Below, one piece after another: positions 13,201 to 24,900 of a stretch of 64,000 bases of DNA (position 1 is its first letter; every line of letters starts with the position of its first letter). Under the pieces are notes generated by a model. That model did not search any database. It was given only the letters and a program-made list of their open reading frames with translations, and had not been told where the DNA came from. The DNA comes from Antedon mediterranea (lineage: Eukaryota; Animalia; Echinodermata). The translations under genes and the position numbers were made by a program. Location of the stretch: the NCBI RefSeq assembly GCF_964355755.1, contig NC_092672.1, forward strand, positions 25,550,437 through 25,614,436, given 5' to 3'.

Positions 13201-15570
13201 GAAAATTATATCGGACAATTCAAAAACTGGTCAAACTGTTTCTACAATAGTCATGTTATTTGGAAAAAATGTCAATTTATGGAAATTATTAAACGAAAAC
13301 AACAAAAAACCAGTTAAATCTAGTTGTTTGGTACAAAGTTACTGTACAGTTCATGTGTGTGCTTCCTTAACCATTTTTTCATATTTACTCACTTCCTTCT
13401 AATTTACTTTTTTTTAGTGTTCCTATGTTTATGAACTTAGTAATACATGACTAAACATTAACAACATTACATTTTGTCATCAATACTTTAAAGTACATTT
13501 TGAAAGTTTTTATTAGCAATTTATTTTCTTATGGTGATTCAACATTGATACAGTAATGTAAATGAATTTACAAATTCATGGAAAAATCTAACAATGTGAT
13601 TTTATTGCTAAGGATCAGTGTTTATAGTAGAGACACTTGATTTTTTAGTTTTGTTGTGGTTCTTGTAGATTAGCAATAAAATTAAATTAAAAAAAACGAA
13701 CTAGAAAAAAAAAAAAATTAAACCTGTGTCGACTGTTAAAAGCCAAACATTTTGCGCGCAGTAACTTCTCGGAACAAAATCGGTGTGATTTTCTCCCGAG
13801 AAAATTGTTTACACTTTGCAAACTGGTTACAAGTTTTTGAAAAGTTTACACAAAACCAGTTTAATTTCAGAGTTGACAAAAGTGATGACTTGGAAGTACC
13901 AGTCGCCAATTTTAACATCCCCAGCTACTGTACCTTTCATGTCATGTGCTTAGCGAATAGGCTCAACAACACCGACTGACATTGCGAGAAGCCTGAATCC
14001 TAATGTTCCATATTGTAATAATTATTAAAACCCTTTGTTATTTTTCAGTCCTGAGTCTGCTTCTAACAAGTCTCTGAGTGTGCAAGAAGGCGACCTCATT
14101 CTAATAGCCACTGATGGTCTGTTTGATAATATGTCTGAGAGTATGATTTTAAAAGAATTATCTAAATTACAGGTAAGTGCACTATATTACATGATGAAAA
14201 GCATGTCATGCTTTTAAAGCATTCTCATTTTAATGAAATTTTAAATTGTTTTAATTCTGGAATGAAAGGTAGGAATATGTATGTTGTAAATGTAATCATA
14301 AAAGAAAATTTAATTGTCCATTTTGTTTGTATTAAATTATTAAGTAGCTTTACAAATTTGAGTCCAAAGACATAACTTAGTTTGCCTAGAGGCTTATTTT
14401 CACCAGTGTTAGAAAATAACAGGTTGTTATATTATACAGTATATTCTATAATATTACAGTAGTTTAACTTTTAAATTGGGGATAACCTTTCAAATGTGTG
14501 TGCCAGTGGTTAGGGGGTGTTAGTGCACTGACATTGACCAAGTGTTTACAAGGAAGGAAACACCTACTTGACTCACTAACAACTTTACATAGATTTTATA
14601 CTACAATCAGTGGGTGGTCAGTTTCGCTCATTAATAGAGCTCGGAAACCAAAAAAAGGAAATGATCGCAAAATAATTCTGCAACATTTTCTGTGTATGGA
14701 GTCATCATACATCTATTTGTATCTCAATCAGAGAGCAAAGAGCAAAATGTCATGGAACACGTTCCCAAATTTGTTATTTGACGTGTTAGTCGACTTGGCG
14801 CATGAGAAAATCACATAGTGAATGGCAAATCGAAAGGTCCTTATTAAATATTAGTGCAAGCTGGCTGCAAATATAACTGACTTACGTTTTTTTGTAACCA
14901 TATCTTTTTATACAAGATTTGTTTTAGCTGTACTGTATAATTAATTATTATCTGTCATTTCTCTTCAGTGTACATTCAAATATTTAGTAAATTATTTTTT
15001 TTGTGAATAATCATTTTGTTTTCCTTTTTATGATACTAGGATCAAACATTAGAAAATCTACAAAAGACTGTGAATACAATAGCTGAGAGAGCTAGGGAGT
15101 TAGCGTATGATCCTACCTATCTATCACCTTTTGCAATGCATGCCAGAGAGAATGGCTTAGATTTTATGGGTAAGTATACCTGAGAGATCCAGTTTATCCA
15201 ACCTATCTATCACCTACTATTCAATTTATCTATGACCTATCCAATCTATCTATCACCTATTCAATCTATCTTATCACCTTTCGCAATTCATGCGAGAGAG
15301 AATGGCTTAGATTTTATGGGTAAGTATAGCTGAGGGAAATACACAGAATAGCTGACATTGTAAATGTTATTTACGATTTTCTTTTGGCCAAACGTTCTAG
15401 GAATACAGTAACACTTAATTTATAATTATTTAATTAAAAATAAACACTTTACTATCATTTTCCAGTTTTAAATAAAATGAACTTTTTTTTCAGGGGGTAA
15501 ACCAGATGACATCACAATACTACTTTCAGCTGTGAGATGTCAAGATGAATTTGAGGAATCAGCATTATAG
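7227..15570 (+). CDS. PPTC7: Protein phosphatase PTC7 homolog (PP2C family, mitochondrial), 6 exons, 312 aa
   Basis: Exons 7227-7458, 10451-10630, 11623-11818, 14049-14172, 15040-15169 and 15494-15570 total 939 nt, all GT-AG. Motifs [70 protein letters not shown] and [12 protein letters not shown] match PPTC7. Confidence 0.97.
8451..8600. mobile_element. Short MITE with 31-bp terminal inverted repeats, inserted in a family-B MITE remnant
   Basis: taactacgacttttagttgatagaagattga (8451-8481) is the reverse complement of 8570-8600. It is preceded by a family-B left end (agctctgtctacag, 8396). Confidence 0.7.
11030..11312. mobile_element. Palindromic non-autonomous element (Helentron/DINE-like, class tentative)
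   Basis: Arms of about 70 bp (acaaataatgaatgttt...gaatgatgaaaggttatatcaac / gttgatataacctttcatcattc...aaacattcattatttgt) flank a gaggcaaagccgag loop. The element is bounded by tatataaca and tgttatata motifs. Confidence 0.55.
12015..12784. mobile_element. MITE of about 770 bp, PIF/Harbinger-like
   Basis: TIRs gcccgtattcttaaaccggactttagtcgtagtttga / tcaaactacgattatagttcggtttaagaatacgggc, flanked by TTA and TAA. Confidence 0.75.
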
Positions 15571-15716
15571 CGATGGTTGTTAGTGGCGATGGTTACTAGT
15601 GACGATAGTTGCTAGTGGCGATGGTTATACTAGTGAAAATGTTGCTAGTGGCGATAGTTACTATTTGCGATGGTTACTACAGGCGATAGTTGCTAGTGGC
15701 AAAGGGGTTACTATGG
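15569..15716. repeat. Degenerate tandem repeat of about 16 bp starting at the PPTC7 stop codon
   Basis: A gcgatggttgctagtg-like unit is repeated about 9 times. Confidence 0.75.
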
Positions 15717-16047
15717 TGATTAACCAAAGCCATGGAGACATTTACCAAATCAATACAAGCCACAGAGACAGTGAAACCTGGTAGTGTGTTGATTTCATAC
15801 AAGCCACAAAGACAATGAAATACATAGTGTGTTGATTGCATTGATACATGAAACAGGGACAATGACAAATCTAGTGTGTGTTGCATATTACCTGATGACT
15901 TGAAGGAGTAAGGTGGATGCGTGCAAGAGAATCAAGAAAGACTCATAGTGATTCAGAATCGTACCATGAGAAGATGATGATGCAATTAGAAATCTATAAT
16001 ATCTCTACATGAAATTATTGCTTTGGATAACTTTAAAAATCCTGTTA

Positions 16048-16311
16048 AGCTCTGTCTACACTATCAAATTTTATGTGACAACAAAAATGTGATGTCTATA
16101 TATGGACACGGTGACATCATATCACTACCATATTTGGGCACATCACACATTTTTCATCAAATTAGTTTGAAAAACAAAATGTGACTGATGTACCCAAATA
16201 TGGTAGTGATATTCCCAGATATGGTAGTACAATATGACATCATCATGACGTCCATATATGGGCACATCACATTTTTTTTTTCACATAAAGTGTGATAGTG
16301 TAGACAAGGCT
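16048..16311. mobile_element. MITE family B (PIF/Harbinger-like); other copies at 17429-17568, 19565-19658, 55241-55764 and a partial at 8396
   Basis: TIR agctctgtctacactatcaaa ... tgatagtgtagacagagct, with internal palindromic gtgatgtgcccatatatgg motifs, occurs five times in the window. Confidence 0.8.
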
Positions 16312-16444
16312 TGAGATCTGACAATACAGATATGACAACTGAAGACTTGATGGAATGTTTTATTAGATTCCCCCATATCATAGAATATGTTATAATATGT
16401 AACAAAATTACACCCAATAAATTGTTATTTGATCTCACTATTTA

Positions 16445-16525
16445 GGGTGTCTAGAAAACTCAGATCTAGAAAACTCAGATCTCAGATATATCTGATCTGA
16501 GATCTGAGTTTTCTAGACAACACCC
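16445..16525. mobile_element. 81-bp Mutator-like MITE with perfect 9-bp TSD
   Basis: gggtgtctagaaaactcagatct...agatctgagttttctagacaacaccc is flanked on both sides by cactattta (16436-16444 and 16526-16534). Confidence 0.8.
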
Positions 16526-18694
16526 CACTATTTACTGTATAACCGCTAAAAATATTGTTAATGAAAAAGAGCTTTATATTGTATGTATTTATGTGTAAAC
16601 ATTTGTTAGTTTCAGAATAATGTTCCAGTCTTTAAAATTCCATTTTGCTGAGCAGTTGAGCATACAGTATGATCTACATTGAAAGTTTAAGAAAATAGGC
16701 TACTTGCCAAATTATAAAATGTCTTGAATTATTATGGTCTAGTCTAGATTCTAGATGGTAATTCGGCTTAGTAAAAATGATAAAGATTTTGGCACAAATA
16801 GCATGTCATACTTATACTTGAAAAAATCAAAAAGAAAATGAAAGAATAAAGAATTAAAAAAACTAAACTAACTATAGTTTTAGGCAACACCTAAATGTTC
16901 ACTATATCTAGCATAGTATTGAGTATTTATTTGATTTCAGTGGATAAATTTAATATTAAAATTCCGAATATTTGGGATATCGTAGGAACGATTGTTTGCT
17001 TTTTTCTACTATAAAAGCATAAAGATATCTTGGTATATCAACTTTAAGACAATGTGATATAATGAGTTTAAAATAGCAACATTATTACTATGTTTTGGTT
17101 CTCTTTAAACAGGGTGCATCTCTGTATTCAAAGATAAAATAATTACTGAGTCGCTCATGAATAATTATCTTTTTTTTTCACCAAACAAAAATTTATTTTA
17201 GTTGAAAATCCGAGTTTCTGAAAAATACCATACAGTAGGATGTTGATATGCTCTAGTAAACCTGACCCTTGCCTATTTATATCGGGAAATAGGAAAGTTA
17301 TAATAGACATTGCAGTGTAATTAGAAATTGGCATTACCCAAATTAATCTGCCTTTATAGGTAGATCTGGCTTAACAAGCATCAATTGGTAATCATATGTT
17401 AATGTATTGATAGTGCATTTGTATGTGAAGCTCTGTCTATACTATCACACTTTATGTAACAACAAAATGTGATGTGCCCATATGTGGACACGGTGACCTC
17501 ATATCGCTACCATATTCGGGCACATCACACTTTTTTTGTCAAAATAGTTTGATAGTGTTGAGAGAGCTTTCATTGTATTGATGAATGAGCTTTATAAACT
17601 AATTTAATTAATGTATAATTAATATTTTTTGTTTTACATATTTTTGTACTTATGATTTACATATTGTACCAAACTAATAATGATAATTTAGTTAGTTAAT
17701 AGTTAAATGTCCAATTTTGTATGCACATGCCATTTTCATTGTTATCGCTTTAATTTATACCTAAAATGCTTTAAAAACCTACTCTAATTGTCTAGTTTGT
17801 ATTTTGGGTGAATAATAATTCCACAGTAAAGCAATCCATCAATCAACTAACTTACGATAGATAAAGATGGCTTTAGTACTTGCAGATGTTGTGCTGTGAA
17901 CATTATTATTTCTGGTTCATCAATAACCTACATAACGTCACATTCTAATGAAAGCGTTTTCAATGTAGTATTATCACCATACTTTACAAATGATTTGGTT
18001 GGTTGCACACAACATGTAGGCCTAATAGTCACATTAATTATTATTATTATGGATTTACATCCAATGTTAGTGTACAGCGTTTTGTCAATCCATTGGTTGT
18101 CAATTGAGTACAGTCGTCGTTACAGTAAAGACCTACATTTTATGTACCCTATTTTTATGTACGTATAAAATGACAGATAACATCATATATAACAGTATAT
18201 AATTAGTATGTTGTTGGCTGTGTATATTCCATTCATTAAAAGTTTGTACGTTTCTAGGCCTGTATAGATGTACTGTAAGGTAAACGAAACATTACTACTT
18301 GAAAGGTTGGATTTAAAGCCAATCTGAATGTTACGTATCCTATGTAATATACGTAGGCCTACAGCTTTGGTCCCTGCCATACCGCAATGTAAAATGAAGG
18401 TCTTACTGTATGTTATTAAATAATCTACAAACTACTTTTCCTTCTAAGTTTTCTTCAATGTCTATAATTACAATATGAGATCTGGAATCATTTATGTGTG
18501 TGATGTCACATTGTATTGTGTAAGAAATTTAAAATAAAATGTGAATTATAAATTAAACTGTAATTATAGTTGAAATAATAGAACCAAATCAACATTAATA
18601 TTTTGTAGGATGTATAAAATGTATAATTATTAAAAACACATTATTTTGCACTAGTATAGCTAAGTATAGCTACTATTTTATAATATATAATGAA

Positions 18695-19135
18695 AGGGGT
18701 GTATTCTTGAAAGAGGACTTTTGCTCCGTTGATACTTGCACAAATTTTGTGTCTGCATTCAATGCGTGTAATTTAATTCTGTTACAAATAGTTTTCGCCA
18801 TGTGAATACTACAACACTACTGTATGTCATGTGACCTTCATGTATCATTCACAAACGCACCATGAAGTATGTATAGTCAGTATGCAAATTATTATTGCCT
18901 ATTTTCTAAATTAGTTGCGAGCATGGCGCACATACGTCGTACATGCTGTAGTTCACAAATTTAGTATATATACATGTTGAAAGTTTGTTCCTGCATTTCA
19001 CGCATTCTCCCAAAAGCAGTGCGAGATATGTACTTGTGCAAGTGTCAACAGGGATTAACTTTATACGTGTTAACCCATTAATTAACCCAGGATTTAGTTC
19101 AGGACTAAGGATACCTTCCTTCAAGAATACAGCCA
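18695..19135. mobile_element. MITE, PIF/Harbinger-like
   Basis: Imperfect TIRs ggggtgtattcttgaa / ttcaagaatacagcc resemble the ends of the 12015 element. Confidence 0.5.
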
Positions 19136-20896
19136 CTAGAGTAATACCTCAATAGTTAAATAGCAAGTGATAGATATACCTGTCATGTAAGTGTAAGCAA
19201 GATTAATTAAATTAAATTAATTAAAATAAATAAACTTACTTTATAAGTACAGTTTGTATTGCAGTGTAAAAACCTAAAATACTATTAAAACATCATTTAT
19301 ATTGACATGCGTAGATTATATAAAAATATATGTAAAAATGTACCATTTCAGAAGTGGGACTGATGTCAAATAACTCTGACAGAATCACAGTTACTTGTTA
19401 CTTGCTGTCGGGTAAAACCTATTTTTATGTAACAATTGATAGGAAATTGATAGGATTTTGCTTGGTCAATACACCTTGGTTTCTTTTTGAAAAAAAAATG
19501 TTTTATTATGCAGTGAGATCACATTATATTCAAGGGTGCTATTTATCAAGTGTTGTTATTATTAAGCTCTGTCTACACTATCAAACTAGTTCGACAAAAT
19601 AAGTGTTAATATGTCCATATATGGGCACCTCACATAAAGTTGATAGTGTAGACAGAGTGTTACAGTTGCTGAATATACACTATATATTACATGCATACAT
19701 ATTTATGTGTTTACAGTAGATGTATTATTCTCAGTAGGCCTATATGAAAACATAATGTTTTTGCTGTTATTTGCTAAGTGTGTTTATTTTGGGAAATCAT
19801 TGAGGGCACAAAACATGACTTGAGGCACCTATATGTTAACAAGTATCAGAAATGTTGGTGGTAAATTTTGATTATGTATACTGTACTAGATTAAACATCT
19901 ACAAGCAATAATGAAAAAGAACAATTCTATTATATGGATGGAGGATTGTGGCGTTTCTAAAACTAGTTTTTAAGTCGAGGTGGCGTGCTAACCTAGCTAT
20001 CATGTAGCCCAGTTATGAAGCTTTGTATGAAAACAATGACATAATACATGGTCTGAACCAGCTTAATGACTAAATAAACTATATAATATATATACTAAAT
20101 TGTACAGATAGGTTTGGCAACAAAGTGAGGAGTATCATTTGTCTCTTTTTAGTCATAAATGAGCCCTTAATAGAATGTAGTACTGTTTATCAGAATGATT
20201 CTGAGGCTGTCTCCGCATCGGTACACAATGTATAAAAATGTTCATTCTAAAATTTAAAATATTTCAAATTAATTTGAAGTGTTGGGTTTGTAATTTAAGT
20301 ATAATTTTTTTTATTTATTATTGTAACTGAACCTTTTTATTTAAAGGGACTGTTTTTTTCTTTCAAGGTGTATTCAAACAAATATTGTTTTAATTGAGTG
20401 TTGCTTTAAGGAATAGAGTGTGTTGTATTCAATTGAAAGTGTTTCAATAAGTCGTGATTGAAAATGTACAAAAGATATCCTGTAAACTACAATAAAGATT
20501 TCCACAAGTTATTTTGGTGTTTTTTTATTTGTTTATGTTTGCAAACGACACTAGGAACCTTTAGGTGAGTGAAAGTGGTTCACATCAACTTGTGATGCAT
20601 TTCCACAGTCACATGCTCAAGTTAGTGTTTACCGACCGACCGACCACCAACCGACATAGTGAGCTGTATAGTCACCTAACCCTTAAAGGCACCTATGCGC
20701 AACATCTTAAAATGATGTAATCATGTAAAAGTCAACATGTCAATTAGTCTTACATCTGTATGATGGATGAAACTAAGTTAGGACTGTTAAAAGAACCTTT
20801 GTTATCATTCAAGGGCGTCTCTTCTACAGTGCTCACCTTGATCAGAGCCAATAGGTCTGAGGCAGATACAGTACTAAATATATATACATTTATAGT

Positions 20897-20992
20897 AACA
20901 CTGCACCTGATATTGCAAAGTCTGCCATCCAAGCTGTAACTGGGCCCAATGTTCCTTAACTTCGGTGATCGGACAAGAACCAGTGTTTCAAC
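20897..20992 (-). pseudogene. Degenerate 5S rRNA copy (pseudogene or 5S-derived SINE head)
   Basis: The plus strand reads ctgcacctgatattgc...gtctgccatccaag...aactgggcccaatgttccttaacttcggtgatcggacaagaaccagtgtttca. This matches the reverse complement of animal 5S rRNA (cagcacctggtattccc..gtctcccatccaagtactaaccaggccc..gcttaacttcggtgatcggacgagaaccgg) with substitutions and 5' truncation. Confidence 0.75.
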
Positions 20993-21906
20993 CGAATCGA
21001 ATAATTACACTATTATCCGTTTTTCAGGTATTTTCAAAGTATTTTATACACAAATATAATAACATGTGCATAATTGTTTTTTCATACGCATCCAACAATG
21101 AGAAACTCGGCAAATTACAGGATGGATACCTATAATTTATCGTGCCTTTTTTAGACTGTGGAAGTGGAGTCCCTGACACTTGGTCAGGATTGAAGGCAAG
21201 CATGGAAAGCAAGCATGGAAGGCAAGCATGTGAAAACACATCTTTTTTTAATACTTTGTAATAGTGCGGATCATTTCAATTTATGATGCACTATACGACC
21301 CCCGGGAAAGGTGCGTCATTTACAAGTAATTAATGACACACTTTACCACAAAAGGACAGTCATGGTTCAATGCTCTCTAAAAGGTCCGTCACTAAATGCA
21401 AGTCAATTTTGTGATGCAGAGGTGCGTCATGATATATGATACACACACCAGACAAATGACACTGACACTGACATTGCTGTATGTTCATTTATATTAAACT
21501 CAAACCAAGTTTTAAAATATTAAATAATCACCCATAATAAATTTATGCATAATTTATTCTAAATTTAAAATCACATTATGTACATTATGCAAACAAAAAA
21601 GTCATTTTCAAGAAGTTCTTTACTTCTTTGGTATCAAACAAAAAGTTAGAAGATTCACAACAGATAGAGATGATTTTCTACTAGAGTGTCAACTCCAACA
21701 CAATCATACTGTAGCCCAAATAGCTTATGGCTGCACCACGTCGAGGAGTCGTCCTTGCCCAGTTTGCATTTATTCTCTGTCATCTAGCCAGTTGACTCTC
21801 TAGTAGTTGAATGTATCTCTGTGTCTGTTTCACAATTATCTGTTGTGGAAATAACTACTGCATTGTGGGAGAATTCTAAGAGAGTGTTCACAACATGTGG
21901 TATTTA

Positions 21907-24900
21907 TCAATCAGAATCTTCGTCTTCCGTATCTTCAGCCAACACGGGCACAGAGGGCTGTGATCTTTCCATGTTGGTAGACTGCGATTGTGATGATCCA
22001 AAAAACAGAGATCTGAACTAAAATAAGACAAAAATATAATTTTAAGTGGGTGAACATTTTAATTTGTTTCAATGAATTCAGCATACCTGGACAACTAATG
22101 AAGTAGTTGCATGTCCAAGGGTTAAAGTTGTTCTAATGGTAAAGGCCCATTTATACCAGGACAATGAAATTCAACTTTAACTACTGTAGATAAATATGCA
22201 TTCATATTTATATAAATACTGCCAAGATGAAAACAATAAAATGACATCATGATTACCAATAATATCATGACAAAAATGATTTTATTGTTCTTATAGGTCA
22301 TAACATCTTTTGTTTTATGTAAGAAAAAGGTATGTTAAACTATTTATCGTTATCGTTCTAGTGTGTAGCAGCAGGGTGCGAGTCTCTGCCGCTGCTTTCC
22401 TTTAGATATGGCTAAAAATGCAACTTTAAAGTCCCATTCCCTACATTTTTTAGATCTAATTTAAGGTCACAAACTACATTATTTTATGTAAAAATAAATA
22501 CTATGGTCCTTTAAATGGTTAAGTTTTTCATTTTTCTTCTGAAATTCACCCACTATTCAATCGATTGTAAGGCCAAAACACATGGAAGACTTCAAAACTT
22601 TTCAGTGAAAATACCAGGTTTTCCCCCAATTTGTATCAACAGATTCTGGCAAAAACAGAGACAATTAATGCAGCAACTATACGACGTCTGGCTAGGCCTA
22701 TAGCTAGCATACGTTGTTCGTACGTTACCGATGTTTACCAGCTAGGTCTACAAAACTAGGCTAAAAGACCGTCCACAAGAGGACATTCACCGCGAGCTAC
22801 TTAGGTAGTGCATTGTTTCTATCTTTTTATCATAATTTACCATAAAACGTATATTTGAGATAAGGAATGACCTGGTTTATTGTTTTAAAAGTAATATATA
22901 ACATTATTTTTTCAAAACATCACAAATTGTAGGGAATCTGTCTTTAAGTAATCACATTTGGATTACCAAACTACTACGGCTACTACTTTACATCACAATG
23001 TTTGTATTTGATATTGTTCTGTGTTTTACCTTCTTGCTAGGTGGTGTGCCTGGTACGACCTCATCTAGGTCACTATCACTAACTCTGTTATCTGGGCTTA
23101 TATTCCCTTGTTCCATTTCCCATGTTGGTAGAACAGGTATAACAGGGCTGGAAGCAATACCTTAAATATAACAATTATAATAAAGTATTGCTGGATGGAT
23201 AATTTATATTTCAATTTATTCAGAAAAGCCTCCAGAAATGGATAGATACAGTAGATTAAGATTACAAAACAAAAGCAAAACCATAATCAAATGGAAACAA
23301 TTCAAGCTTAGAACAGCCTCACCAAGAGTTTCAGATAATTGATATCTTCATTATTTGCAAGTGTGGCGTCTCTTTCAAGTACAGTTGTAACGGTGTCACA
23401 GACTCCGTGGTGATGCATTCATTACTTTTTATTCGTTTGTTCACATATTTACAATATTGCTTATCAATGATATAGGTTAACAGGCAGAAATTGTTTAAAC
23501 TTGCACTGTACTTAATCTTATCTATAAAGAGTGTGCTTAACTGCCATCCATGGCTTCCACATTTAATATAGTCTTAAATAAAGCCTTAAAGTTCTAGGGA
23601 TCTGAGTTCAAACCAACCAATTACATTATTTTCACAAATTCACCTTAAATTGTATTATGTTGTAAAACAAAACAATCAAGTTTATCTAGTCTTACCTTCA
23701 TCATGTCCATTTGACGTACTTGGCTTTGCATGATGGGTAGTTAAATGTAGAGTGTCATCATCTGGGAAACTAATATCATGTGCAATGCTATGCCTAAAAA
23801 GAAATAAAAACATATTTTTTATTAATAACAAATTAAGCATTTAGATGAATGTGTTGTAGTCATTGTCAAGGTGTGCAGTAGATTGCATGCACTTTCAATG
23901 TTATTAATTTTTAAATTGTGTAATTAAAAAGCCCACACCGATCCTACCAAAGTTATGGAAAAAGCGTAACTTGCCTGTGTATACTGGATTAAAATGTAAA
24001 AAACCAAAAATACTTACATGCATACAATTGGAGTAATATTACATTAACATTAATGATTTTATGTGGTATACTTTGCACTTGAATGTACCTTGATTTATTG
24101 GCTGCTAATGTGGTTCCAGCATCTCCCTTCTGCTTCCTGATTGAATTTCTTTTATTTTTATTCAAACTACTGCAAGATGGAATTAAAACTGTAACTATTA
24201 ATGTGCACTATAGCACAAAAGAACATAAAACAAATTATATAACCAAGATACATTAACTCCACAATCTCACCAATTACCTGTACTGGTGTAATTCAGTTTA
24301 GTAGGGTGGTCAACCTGTATCCATGCCAACTCATAACCACCACCTCACTCTCACCATCAGGAGCTGGCTCGTACCCATCAGTCTAAAGACATATGTTATA
24401 GTCTACAGATCACCTTGTCCCTCAGCCCAGTAAATATTTGTATGCTATGCCCATCAGCTAGGTCAATATTTGTATACTACTGTATGCCCCTCAGCCAGGT
24501 TAATATTTGTACACTATGCCCCTCAGCCAGGTCAACATTTTGTATACTTTGCCCCTCAGCCAGCTCAATATTTTCATACTGTACAGTGTTAAAAGTTTTA
24601 TTTTGAAATTTATACCTTGTATTCTTGGCTGTGCTAACTCGTGTACTTGACTGTAACTGTGAACTGCAAGAGCGCTGTGACTGTGATGCGGAGACAGGAT
24701 CCGCAAGAGTAGCTAAAACAAAGCTTGCTTCAAGAACGGAATCAATTTCAATACAGAAGACTATTGGCCTAATAAAAAAAAATTGTTTCTAAACTATTTT
24801 ATTGCTACTATATTTGTAGACATCCTTGTTTTGAACGATTACATTCACTCCTGTTTTAAAAAATTTTAAAGATTGTTTCTGTTTGTATTGTTACTTATTA

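Noticed and set aside
15599-15784. 61-aa ORF with VASG repeats after PPTC7
   Set aside because: It arises from the 16-bp tandem repeat in the 3' UTR, and there is no evidence of coding or stop readthrough.
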